Shown here: one piece after another, positions 1 to 13,338 of the stretch
How positions within the stretch are numbered: the stretch's first letter is position 1
Layout of the letters: each line of letters begins with the position of its first letter
Source of the DNA: Paecilomyces variotii
Lineage: Eukaryota
Direction: 5' to 3' (one strand)
Assembly: GCA_004022145.1 (NCBI GenBank)
Contig: RCNU01000012.1
DNA: 64,000 nt
Made by a program: the position numbers and the translations under genes
Notes under the pieces: model-generated
The model's input: only the letters and a program-made list of their open reading frames with translations
Told to the model about the DNA's origin: nothing
Databases searched by the model: none

Positions 1-679
1 ATAATACTTAAAGAGAAAAAGTATTAGCATATATAATAAATATTAAGTATATTAATATATTCTTACTTAAGGTAATAAATTTTAAATAAAGCTTAAGAAA
101 TAATTTCTTTAAGCTACTTAATTTTACTAAAGTAAAATTATTTCTAAAGATTTCCTTAAAGTAAAATCTTTATTATACTAGAACTTACTAGTCTTAACTA
201 TTATTTTATAATATAAAGCCTTAAATTTAAATATAATATTAAGGTAATTAATTAAAATCTTATACTTTTTACTTTTAGAATTTATATAATATTAAAGCTA
301 AGAAATACTTAAAGATTATAATATAAATAAGCCTTAAATTATTACTTAATTAAAAGCTAATAATTTATTTTAATATAATTTATATTTTATTATTCTCTTA
401 CTTCTATAAATATTTTATTATTAAAATTTCTTAGTATAAACTTTTCTTTAAGTATATAGTATTATTATTTCTTTTACTATAATTACTAGAGAAGTAATTT
501 ATTAATAACTTTTAAAAACTTATATTCCTTATATATATAGTTAAATATCTTAAATTTAGCTATAGTATAAATTATATAAATTTTTATAAAACCTTTACTT
601 ATAAGTTATTATAAAATAATATTAAAGTTACTATAGTTTAAAACTAGTAAAAAGTAGTAAAGTATATAATCTTAACTTA
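1..679. repeat. AT-rich, RIP-like degraded repeat DNA
   Basis: Extremely AT-rich and dominated by TpA, with CpA/TpG nearly absent and no ORF. This is the signature of repeat-induced point mutation. The element family cannot be identified. Confidence 0.8.
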
Positions 680-684
680 TTCTG

Positions 685-1055
685 TATTACGAACTAGGGC
701 TATAATACTTAATCCGGACCTGCTAAGACCTAGAATAAATAACCTAGGATAGATAATAAAGGATAACGAGATAACTAGATCTATATATAATAGTTAGATT
801 AGCTAGTTATAGATAGAGCCGTTAAGACTAGGTCATCTAGATAATCTAGTAGAACAGACAGACAGATAAATAACCCCCGAAGAAATAGAAGTTAGACGGA
901 TCAGCGATTTGTTCTGATTACTACTGAACCTGACCTTTAACTCTGCTACGCATAGACTGCTACTCGCCTGCGTCTTTACCTCTTATCTCACATTCTGTTT
1001 GACTAGTCCGACTAGTCACCTCCGAGAAAGAGCTTCCTCACCCTAGCTCTTTACA
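685..1055. mobile_element. Solo LTR (371 bp) with 5-bp target-site duplication
   Basis: TTCTG at 680-684 and at 1056-1060 flank a higher-GC segment. It starts TATTAC (TGTTAC after a RIP-type TG>TA change) and ends TTTACA, i.e. TG...CA termini. A second CA+TTCTG at 991-997 is an alternative right end. Confidence 0.6.
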
Positions 1056-1557
1056 TTCTGTTAAAATAAACTTCTATAGTTTATACTACTACTATATATT
1101 ATAAGTAGGCTAAATGCAGAATTTAATTTACTCTTCTTAGAGAATATTCTCATTTATACTCTTAAAGTCTCTGCTAAGCGTTGCTTGCATGCTAGCACTA
1201 TAAAGTAGATTAATTAAAATCGCCGGGATAGGTAAATATTGCCGGTTAATCCATTAACTACCTTTTTACTTTTACTTAGCCTTGTGCTTTGTTCAGCACT
1301 CTCTTGTTCTCTCTCCACTTCGTACCAGGGGGATTGTAGATGTACCTCAAGCTAGACCACATAGCTACCAAATTCTACCTATGTCCTAGCTCCATTTCCA
1401 TATGCGGTTCAAAGGAGAGTAGTTAACGGGGGAGCAGTATAATAACAAGGCTCTACCCTCCAGGCAAGGTCGTAGAAACATAGTCTATTTCGCCTATGTT
1501 TTATGCTGCTGGTTGCTCCTTCACTCTTAATCCATTCCTGACTTTACCACAGCCGAT

Positions 1558-2355
1558 ATGAAGTTCACTGCCACGATACTACTCATGTCTGCTATATGGA
1601 CAAGTAATACCCTCGCGGCTCCGCATGGGGATTTCGTCGAACACCTCAAGGTCCGCGGCAATGACAATGGTGCACTCGCCGGAGCGCAATCGATCTCTGC
1701 TGACACAAAGTACGGGTATAACTGGGCTGGCGTTATCCACACGACGCCCCCTGCAACGGGCACCTACACTGCAGCCTCTGCAACCTTTACTGTTCCGAAG
1801 CCAACAGCGACCGATGACTCTGGAAACACACAGGGTGCGTCCGCCTGGGTCGGAATCGACGGTGGGACGTACCGCAACGCTATCCTACACGCCGGGGTTG
1901 ACTTTTATGTCGAGGACAGCACCGAGAAATATGACGCTTGGTACGAATGGTATCCTAGTCTCAGCAATGACTTCAACCTGTCTGTGACTGCGGGAGATGT
2001 TATTGTTGTCAAGGTGGTCTCGTCTTCACCTAGCCACAGCGTTGCTATTTTAGAGAACAAGTCTTCTGGCCAGAGTGCTACGCAGACCTTATCGGCAGAC
2101 CCCTCGACTGCTACCCTTGGCGGCCAGAATGTCTAATGGATTGTCGAGGACTACCAGTCTGGTGCTTCCGACGTGGCACTTGTTAACTTCGGCAAGGTCA
2201 AGTTCAGTGGTGCCCAGGCTGGGACCAGCCATGGTGAAAAGATCGGCTTAGACAACGCTACTATCTTTGAAATCCAACAGAACGGCGAAGTGTTGACCAA
2301 TGTCGATATTCTCAGTGATACAGAGTTCGACGTGACATATGAATCAGACCAGTGA
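1558..2355 (+). pseudogene. Secreted glutamic peptidase (family G1, aspergillopepsin II-like), inactivated
   Basis: Signal peptide and NWAG, SAWVGIDG and AWYEWYP motifs. An in-frame TAA at 2134-2136 falls in the NAEWIVED motif (QNV*WIVEDY), and the same frame continues to 2355. The catalytic Gln of ILQTG reads His (CAC at 1888-1890). Confidence 0.85.
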
Positions 2356-2955
2356 TGCATGACCTCTATTTTAGTTTTGACTCAAACGTTGGATATCGGA
2401 TTTATTGATCATGACCGGTTTATCTATTCCCATGTGTCATGTGTCGAATCCTGAATGGCACAGAAGCAACGATGATTCGCACCTCCTAGCTAGTAGCTAG
2501 GTTGTTTCTTGCTTAACTCTAGTCTAGAGAGAAGGTTGATCCCATACTCCTCTCCTACGGCATACAAAGATCTAGATCCTAGTGATCGAGTATGTTCGAT
2601 CCTATAATCAGGATATCAAAGAACCCGCTGCAAACAGATGATACGACAGATCACCTCATCTGCGCACGCCTTTGTGCACCGACATTATAGTCCGTTGGCT
2701 GCTGTGGGAAAGACTTTCAGACTCGACGGTAATCCTTTTAAGGCCTGTATATATACTTTGTGCCATGCAAATAATGTACCTACGCTCAAGTTAGGAGCGT
2801 CAGGTTCCTTCCTTTCAGGAAGAACGAGGACAATCTGTTGCCAGCGACTTCGATGCAGTCATTATTTCCTACTAGGACTTCTCTACAATTTTCTTGTATC
2901 TCTTTTTCTCTCCCCCAGGCACCATCATGACGTCGACGAAGTGAGAAAATCTGCA

Positions 2956-2991
2956 AAAAAAAAAAAAAAAAACAAAAAAAACAAAAAAAAA
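2956..2991 (+). repeat. Poly(A)-rich tract
   Basis: Long A run interrupted by two Cs. Confidence 0.9.
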
Positions 2992-3498
2992 GCTGCTGCA
3001 TAGCCCTATTATATTAATACTTTTTCATTGACTGAATATAATAATAGGATATGATTCATCCTCAATACTAATAGGAACTATCGAGTCAACCGAGATATAT
3101 ATACGACCAAACAGGCATTGTCACAGTCAGTACTATCAACACCCTCATATCGCTCTTCGGGGCCTCCATCCACCACATCTACTTCATCTGCGTCACCGAT
3201 TCCCTCCTGTCGGCGCTCACAGCTTACTGGGAGACGAGCTGCAAACGGCTTGTACGACTCTGCTGAAAGAGAAGTAGGATAAGCAACGTGAAGCCACCTA
3301 CTGTAAAGCCACCAATATAGGACCAAAGGAGATACGCCGGAATGAGTAATTGCTCATAATCAGCGGCGGAGGCAGTGCTTAAACCAGCGGGTAATCAAGA
3401 TGAAGTCCATAGGCATAAATAGCTGATAGATTCCGGTATCCTTTAGTTCTCTAAGCAATATGCTTTTTCTGAGTCTTTGCTTCCGTGATCCTAGATCT

Positions 3499-4310
3499 CT
3501 ACACCTCCAATGATGGACAGAGCCCTCACCTATCACATCCTTCTTGTCCAGTGACCTCGCAAAACAGCGTTATGGGGACCGCTCTGTCTGACATGAACCA
3601 GACAATCATTACAGGATAATTAAACGAAACAACCTTTCAGATCTCATCTGCAGCGTTAGTTATTCCCCGTACTTACGACTAAGTCGCGATTCAGAGATCA
3701 GTCAACCACTGTCACTTTCGAGCTTTTATAACGCAAAACGTACGTATTCTCGCCTATACAGAATAAAACAGAGCCATATCGGAAAGGGATAAGAATCAGA
3801 AAGGCCTCGCCGTCCTTTCATTTCATGTCCTGACTTTTTACATATCGATGCAAGCTTATCCGCTCAATTAAGCTGGTCAATTCTAAACGTCGATCAGGAT
3901 GCTATTTTGGAAGAAAGAGTTTAACAAAGTCAATTGGTATATGGGGCTAATATATTTCGAGATCTGGAAACCGTCGAGTATTGAGATCCTCCGAGGGTTG
4001 ATCGGATGCAAAAATCACCGGAGAATACACGATATGTTTGTTCTCAGTAGCTCATCCCGAGAGATCCTTTCCAACGTCCCACTACGACGATAGATATACC
4101 GGACGTACCTGAATTTACCGATGCCGACGGATGGCAGCACTTTGAGATAAGGCGACTCATCAACCGATGCCGCACACGGTACTCCCATTCTCGAATACCT
4201 GGTCCGCTGGCAAAATAGTAGTCCCGAGTACGACGTTTGGTACCCTCATCACGAGTTATTACAGGGAAGGGAGCTGCAGAACGGGTTGCGGAGTACGACG
4301 CTGAGCATCC
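3499..4310 (+). mobile_element. Eroded Ty3/gypsy (chromovirus-type) integrase C-terminus with chromodomain
   Basis: Fragments across frameshifts, in the expected order: LHLQ/DGQS (~3499-3523, cf. YHPQTDGQSE), TFELL* (~3714), IHD..FSVAH (~4025), FEIRRLINR (4141), EYLVRWQNSSPEYDVW (4193) and AAERVAEYD (~4273). Confidence 0.7.
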
Positions 4311-5410
4311 ACTCCAACCAGAAGATCCTATCGAGTCGCAGCCCAGGCGGAAGCCCGGTCGCAATTTAAGATCTGTTACAGATTATCGCCAATTATATTC
4401 AATAGGAGACGGGAAAGAAAATTGGATATACTGTAGTTGGATTCTCTTTTAGCTTTAAGAAAGATTCGAAATATCTTCATGTGAAGAATAAAGCGAGACT
4501 ATTATACCCAAAAGTGAAGATAGCCATAGCCGAAAAGTGCCTGGCAAAAATCTACTCACTCACCGAAGCGATGCTTAAGTATTCGATGGGGCCCCTCTGC
4601 GTGACCTGTGGAGTAGAAAGGCATATTTCTCGTTCCGGATCTAAAAAAAGACCATATACCCCAAATCTGATTCGTGCCGTAATTACGCCAAGTCAACTTA
4701 AGACTTAAAGAAAGTGATTATGGGCTGATTTGGTTTCGGGGTCCTCGCTTGTTTCTTTGTCTTTTCCTTCGAAATCCCAATGGCTGCGGAGTTCCGTCTG
4801 TATAGGTCTTCTCTCTTCAGATTAAGGGATATGGCTGGATGGAACTCGTTTGTTGGACATATAGTTATTCTAGGGTGTGTGCGAATTGCAAGATACTCCC
4901 TCGAGGACATCTAAGGATTTCCGGCTGATAATAATGATGATGATACTTGGTTAGTATACGTGGAAGTTGCCGACGTCGACCACAGCATTCCACTATAGCT
5001 CCAAAGGAGGAGGCATGGCCAATAGAGGTGTCAGGTTATATCTTAATCTACAGTAAACAACTTAATCCACTTTTACAAAGACTACAGAGCAAGTGATTCA
5101 TGTACAAACATCTCACATAATGATAGACAAAGGAAACAATACATTGCCTCGCCTAGTGGGTATCTACTAGGCCAGTGGTCGTTTTTCTAGTTACTTACAG
5201 AAACACATGTTGTCACAGGGCATGAGATGACAAGTCCCACACCGACCAGAGCAGGTTAGATTGAGCACCTTCCTCTTCAATGGTAGAGCGCCTTTTTTCT
5301 GAAATCCCTTTTCTTTTATGAGTACTGTACACGCACTAAAAAGAAAACGGAGCAAACATAAAAAGGCCAAGCCAAAGTAAAAGAAAGAGCGCTGAAGATG
5401 GATATTAAAT

Positions 5411-7467
<2,057 letters not shown>

Positions 7468-7634
7468 GGTGATGGTGTTGAAGAGCGAGGGTGGGGAGAG
7501 GGAGTAGAGAGGATGGGGATACAGGAGCAGGGGAGAAGAGAGAGGGAAGAAAGGGAAGAGGTTGACTTGAGGTTTGAGGTGGACACGGAGGCCAGAAAGC
7601 GCCTTGCCTGTCCAGGGCGGTTTTGCCGACGATC

Positions 7635-7647
7635 CCGTGATCGGCCG
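7635..7647. promoter_or_regulatory. CCG-N7-CCG site upstream of ATP2 (AcuK/AcuM or AOD2/AOD5-type)
   Basis: CCGTGATCGGCCG, about 170 bp upstream of the ATG. Motif match only. Confidence 0.4.
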
Positions 7648-8753
7648 AGCAACCAGCGCCCACAGCAACCGTTTTCCTGTCTTCCGGGCAGGACAAAAAA
7701 GCAGGGCCGCTGGTAGTAGATAGTAGTAGTATCTATCTAGAATCAATTCGGTGGGAATTGCACAAAATATTATTCTTAGTTATCCGTAGGGCTTGTTTTT
7801 TGTACCGTATATTCGCCCATCCCCGACTCCCCCGTTGTGTCGCACCCGACCCCATCCCCAGCCCGTTCCGGGAAGCCGGATGGAAGGAACCCGCTCCCAT
7901 AACATAGCATAACATCGCCCACTCCAAAGCTCTGAGCTGGCAGACCTGGCTGGCAATAATGCGTTGGCAGCGGTCAGAACACAGTAAACAATCAGTTCAT
8001 ACTCTCAGTCAGCTCTGAGCTATCTTTCCATCTGTTCCGGCGCGTTCCTTAAGCTTCCGCGGAGCTCTGTTAGTTAACTGCACACCGTCATAATTTTTTT
8101 TTTTTTTATATATAATTCCAGCTACCCGTGCTTAGGGCCAGCCACAACTCCATCATCTTGGAGATCATCAGTACAGTAGGAGATATAACTGACACCAGAG
8201 AAGAATATAGACTACTTAAAAAAGACTTTGAAGTCACAAAGAGCGCTCAATGGCGTAGTATAGTACGAGTCCTATCTTCCCCGTCCATTACCCTTTTCGG
8301 ATGACAGGGAATTCTGATATCAGACAATGGTCCATGCGTACGCCATCCCCAGATATTCTCGTATCCTAACTAGTCTATACGGCACTACGATCAAATCGAT
8401 CATGGACTGAGATCGGACGAAGCTTGGACTACCGATATACAGAAGAGGCAAAAAGAAGGAAAAGAAAAGAACATTATCAAAGCTACCGGCAACACCCGGA
8501 TCAACCCGATCAAGCTACAAAGGAAATTCTACATTGATTATAGCGCAGTACAGGGTACATTTCTTTTCGGAATTGATGGGCATACAGTAAGACACAGAGA
8601 GAAAGGATGCCCCAGGACACGGGCGACAAGGCTCGACTCTTCATCGGAAGCGATATGCGACACGGTGGCCGACGATGCAGACCGTCTGCGCTATACATCC
8701 GCCGTGCCGGAGGCGGGCTGCTCCCGACCCTCCAGGCGCTTTCCATCTGCACT

Positions 8754-9507
8754 CTACGACTTGTTGGCAGGAGCGCTCTGGACGTGTCCCTTGCCGGTGT
8801 AGCCCTCGGAGGCCGGACCGGTAATGGGCTCGATCTTCTCGCGCTGTACAAGAGACCTGTTAGCCCCGTTCCCCATAGTATCGCGGACAACCCATATAAC
8901 ATTTGACGTACCTTGACGTATTCGTTGGCGGCCTCCTGCCACTCTTTGGACATGGTCTTGGGCTGCGGGCGAGCGAACAGGTGAATAACGTAGAAGATAC
9001 TGAAGGACAGAGCAAGCAGCTGGGAGACTCTGATGAAAACTCTCCAGCCCTCACCCTTGGGAGGCTCAGCACGGGGGCCGTGAGGACCAAAAGCGATCCA
9101 GTAGGCTAAAAGCGGTCAGTAAATATATATATAATTTCTCATCCTCAACGTCACCGACGGCGCCGGCATTTCGCGGAATTTTTTTTGAGGTCGTGAGCAC
9201 ACATACCGGCCTTCTTCTCCTGCAGGGTCAGGTCGTGCCAGTTAACCTTCATGCGGTCACGGAGCTGCATCCACAGCTCAGCCTGCTCCTGAGGAGGCAT
9301 GGCCTCCCAACGCTTCTCGATACCAGCCAGGGTAGGGTTGGAGATGGCATGCTCGCTGGAGGCAGCACGGGTCTGCTGGGACGCAATGGCGGTCTTCTGA
9401 GCGCTCAGGGAGGCCATTGGGCTGGCGGCAGGACGGTACGAACGGATGATCGTCGATGGGAGAGCAGAGCTGCGAGCAGCTGCTCGAGAGACGGATCTGG
9501 CGAACAT
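8754..9507 (-). CDS. COX5: Cytochrome c oxidase subunit V (COX IV family)
   Basis: Exons 9507-9207, 9105-8912 and 8843-8754. Presequence followed by IEKRWEAM, LTLQEKKAAYWIAFGPHGPR, one TM helix and KEWQEAANEY. Confidence 0.95.
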
Positions 9508-10354
9508 TGTGTGGGTGACGGTGCAGGACTCAAAACGGGACAATTGAGTTGAAACAACACTCCGGAACACAAGGGAGCAGGGTCCTGGAACGACGGAGGA
9601 TAATCTGCAGCGAGGCGGAAGGAGGGGAGGAGGCGGAGGGGGGTGATTCAAGGCGTCGCGATGGAGAGCGAAGAGGTTGATCGATCGTGGTTTGAGGGTG
9701 GAAGTCCAGTATCCGGACGAGACTAGCTTAGCCCGCCCGGCCGTTTTACGCGCCCTCTGATTGGCTCCGCGTGTCCGCGTTGCTTTTGCCGGCATTTGCT
9801 TCCTGTCATACGATATTGTATAGCTATTTGTGTTTTACACTCGATACTGTCTACTGCTGAGGAATAGAACCTGCGACGAAAAGAGACACAAAAGTCCAAT
9901 GTCACAGTGATGCGCACGTCTCATGGGTTAGGGCACAGTTGTGACCCCGTCGGGTGCGACCGGAGAGAAATCAACCAACAGACAGCAGCCCGATGACAGG
10001 TGAGCGTGGTCGGCATAAGAGTACACGATATACAAGAATAACAATGGAAAGGATACTGCTTCCATTGGATACGATAGGACGCCGCCAGCTGCGGCTACAA
10101 AAAAAGGCAGCAGAGGGTCCTCCAGGTGACTGTGAAACACGCCCGCGAGGGTCGCTGGGTTGGCGACTTCGTACATCGATGCATTTCGAGCAGGACTCCA
10201 TATACAGGGCAATCGTAATGTTCTCAGATTGAAGCTATGTATGGAGAGAAGTCATTGGTCTGGTCGTGCGCGGGCAGCCGTGCCATCTCTGCCGTACGAA
10301 TGTAGTTCCCAGCCTTTCTTTTCACCTTTCCCGAACTCGAGTCGGTCAAGTCAT

Positions 10355-11075
10355 CTATTTTCCAGCCTTACCGCCGCTGGCCTCACCCAGGATCGTCTTC
10401 CATTCAATGTCGGCCTTGTCGTCGGCGTGGATGGAGGTGTGGATGTTGAGAGCGTTCTTCAGGTTCTCACGGGTACTGGCGTACAGCATGGACCACTGCG
10501 CAACCACTAGTTAGTTCGTGACCTAGTTGAAGAGGGACAGATGGCACCTACGAAGGTGGGAGTGTCGCTAGGAACCCAGGAGATGAAGATGATCTTGTTC
10601 CTGCACACCGGTTCAGTTAATGTCCGATCTCGTCCAATCTCGATCGTGCCACGGTGTACCTCTTGCCCTCACCACCACCAAGCTCGTACTCGACGTCGTA
10701 GACAGCGTATCTGGGGGCAGGCTTGCCCTTGTCGTCCTTGGCGTTCTCGAGCTTGCTGCGGAAGACCTCGTAGTCGGCGTCCTGAGAAACCTCGTCGATG
10801 ACGATCTCCTTGCGGTTGTCCGCGATCTTGAAGATGATGAACTTGGTCTTTCCCCGGCTCATGCGGAAGTCGTTGAATGCAGTGATGCACTCATCGTTGA
10901 TGCTAACTCTGTTGGACGGTAAATGGTGTCAGTGTCGCATACTCTCGGCGCAGCTGCAGCCCCTATTCGCCGGGGGAGCCTCCAGGTGTCCTCAACGTAC
11001 CCTGATGCGAGCTGTTGTTGTCCGGTTAGCTCGGAGAGAAAATATATCCACCGGGAAGACAATACGTACAGACAT
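10355..11075 (-). CDS. COF1: Cofilin / actin-depolymerizing factor
   Basis: Exons 11075-11070, 11011-11001, 10908-10660, 10600-10552 and 10495-10355. Translation gives MSLASGVSINDEC..KFIIFKI..PRYAVYD..KIIFISWVP..MLYAS. Confidence 0.95.
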
Positions 11076-11983
11076 GATGGTCTAATATGACCGCTATCTG
11101 ACGGGAAACGGAAACTGTTGATGCAGCACGCGAGGTTAGCGACTTTAAGTACTCGGGGGTGCACGCGGGGTTGCGTGCGCCTAGCCGTCATACGGTTCCG
11201 CAACGGAAACGTCGCACGGGGAGCATACCAGGTGAGAGAGATCAGGAGGCTCCAGACAGGACGTCAATGGAGACAGCAAGGCTAGAAGGTCTACAAGAGG
11301 AACGATGGAAAAGGAGATGGTGGAGAGCGGAAGATGGAGATGGAGGGGCTCTTGTTGTGCTTGGGAATCGTTGTTGACTTGACCGCCGACCGCTGGTGGG
11401 GGGCGCTGCGTCAGCCACAGCACGTGATGCAGCGGCGGTGCGAGTTGCTGCGGCCTCAGGTCGATTCGTTATCACTACTGCTCGGTCTTGTATACGCATT
11501 GCACTCTCGCAAAAAGCTGTTGAAATATCGCTTCCGGCTTATACTAAACGCTTGCTCTGGTTCACACACTGGATGGACCCAACTGATGCAGCTGTGGTGT
11601 CAGCATGAAGCCCTCCAAGGGACCGGGTTTGCTCTACCATACGGCATCGTCATGGCTGTGGTACCTGCTGACTGATAGAATATGTCTATTGGATCATTCC
11701 GAGACATACCAGATATCATTCAAAAGATCTGGAGAAGCCATTGGTACATTATTATTGTTTGCCACGGATTTGCTATAAGACTACTGTCCCGGGGACCCGT
11801 CAATCCCCGTTGGGAGTGCGGGGATAGGTATCGGCACCGGAAACCTTACTAATGTGCTCTAAGCGCGAAACGCAGAGAAAACAGTGGGTGTATCAATTCG
11901 AGTCTCGCTGGCCGTTGTCTTCATCTTCTCGAGATATATAAGCCATACGTCGTCCTTTTTGCCCGCGCATACCCCGCACCACC

Positions 11984-12794
11984 ATGGCTGCCCCTAAGAT
12001 TATTCTGTATACCAACCATGGATGCCCGTGGGCTCATCGGGCACATATCGTACTCAAGGAGCTGGGTCTCCAGTACGAGGAGATCATTATCGACCTGAAC
12101 AAGCCGCGAGAGCCTTGGTACCTTGAAGTCAACCCGGTATGGACTGTGACTGCCAGCTTGGGTTTGCAACCTTCTTACTGACTGACGTACTTCTGCAGCG
12201 TGGTCTCGTTCCTAGTATCTCGTACAACGGCAACATCATCACCGAATCCGGAATCGTCGCTCAGTTTTTGGCTGATGCTCACCCCTCGCACCTCCTCCCG
12301 CAATCTACCCCCGTTGAGAACGCCCTCTACCGTGCCCGTCTGGCCTTTTTCGTCGATGCCGTTATGAGCAAGGTGGTGCCGCACATGTGGACTGCGATCC
12401 GTTCGGCGTCAACCGAGGAGAAGGATGCTGCAGCAGAGGCATTGGTTGACGCAGCGGTCAAGGAGGTCGAGCCTCTTCTGGTGGACGGAAAGGGCCCCTT
12501 CTTTGGTGACAGTGACCGTCTGACGTTGGCAGAGGTAAGGCAAATTCGCTAGCTATTGCTCCAGTCCGATGTTGACACAATCAGGTTCAAACTGGCTCTT
12601 TCCTGCTTCGCATCCTAGCCTTTGCTAAGCCCGAGCACGGCCTTCTCAGCCCCAAGCTCTTCAGTCTGCTGGACAAAGCTCCCAAGTTCAAGCGTTGGGC
12701 CGAGGCCACCGTGCAGCATGAGAGCGTCAACTTCATCTTTAACGAGAAGGCAGTCGCGGACAGGACCCGCGCCAAGTTTGCCCCTAAGGTTTAA
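11984..12794 (+). CDS. Glutathione S-transferase (CPW-motif, omega-like)
   Basis: Exons 11984-12136, 12199-12534 and 12585-12794. GCPWAHRA, NPRGLVP, ITES and GPFFG motifs. Confidence 0.9.
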
Positions 12795-13338
12795 CTGATG
12801 TCCAATTTCAAGATTCAGCGGAGAAGCATTGATTCCCTGTAGCGGTTTGGTTTTGCGGTATGTGGTGATGACGGGATACGATCCACTCGTATGATCCCAG
12901 GACTTGCTCAGAAGAGACGTATGTTGTAAAGCCAGGATATTGGCAACGGGTCCAATACAAGCGTATTATATTTCCCCAATAAATCTGCAGGATGATCCAA
13001 CGGGACTTCCAGGAGAGATAGATCGAAGCGCCAGTCTCATCTTCAAGATCATAGATATTATTTTGATAGAAACACAGGATCTTCTAGTATTGCTGTCTCC
13101 AGTGTCAGCTCTCATCTTGCATAGATACTCCGCCTTCCCAAGTAAGCAAGTCTCCGCCACTCGGCAACCTCAAAATGTGCCGAACTTTATCGCCGATCTC
13201 AATTGTCTTGTCCGTACCAGATTACCGCCATGTGTGAGAGAGTCTGAACTGCTCTGGTCAATGTTAATCATCCGTTATTGAAGGACTGAGCATCCCAGAT
13301 ACCCTACATTTATGCATGGATCTATGCGATCCTTCTCA

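Noticed and set aside
2638-3003. ORF ending in poly-Lys and its antisense poly-Phe ORF
   Set aside because: Translation artefacts of the poly(A) tract.
5323-5331. Puf4-like UGUACAGUA in the ATP2 3' region (UGUACUUUA after HSP60 at 16357-16365)
   Set aside because: Short, low-specificity motif, not clearly present in the other mitochondrial genes, and UTR ends are unknown.
9508-9795. Pro-rich N-terminal extension of the COX5 ORF (likewise 52037-52207 for ATP9)
   Set aside because: It runs through promoter and pyrimidine-rich leader sequence. The presequences begin at the downstream ATGs.
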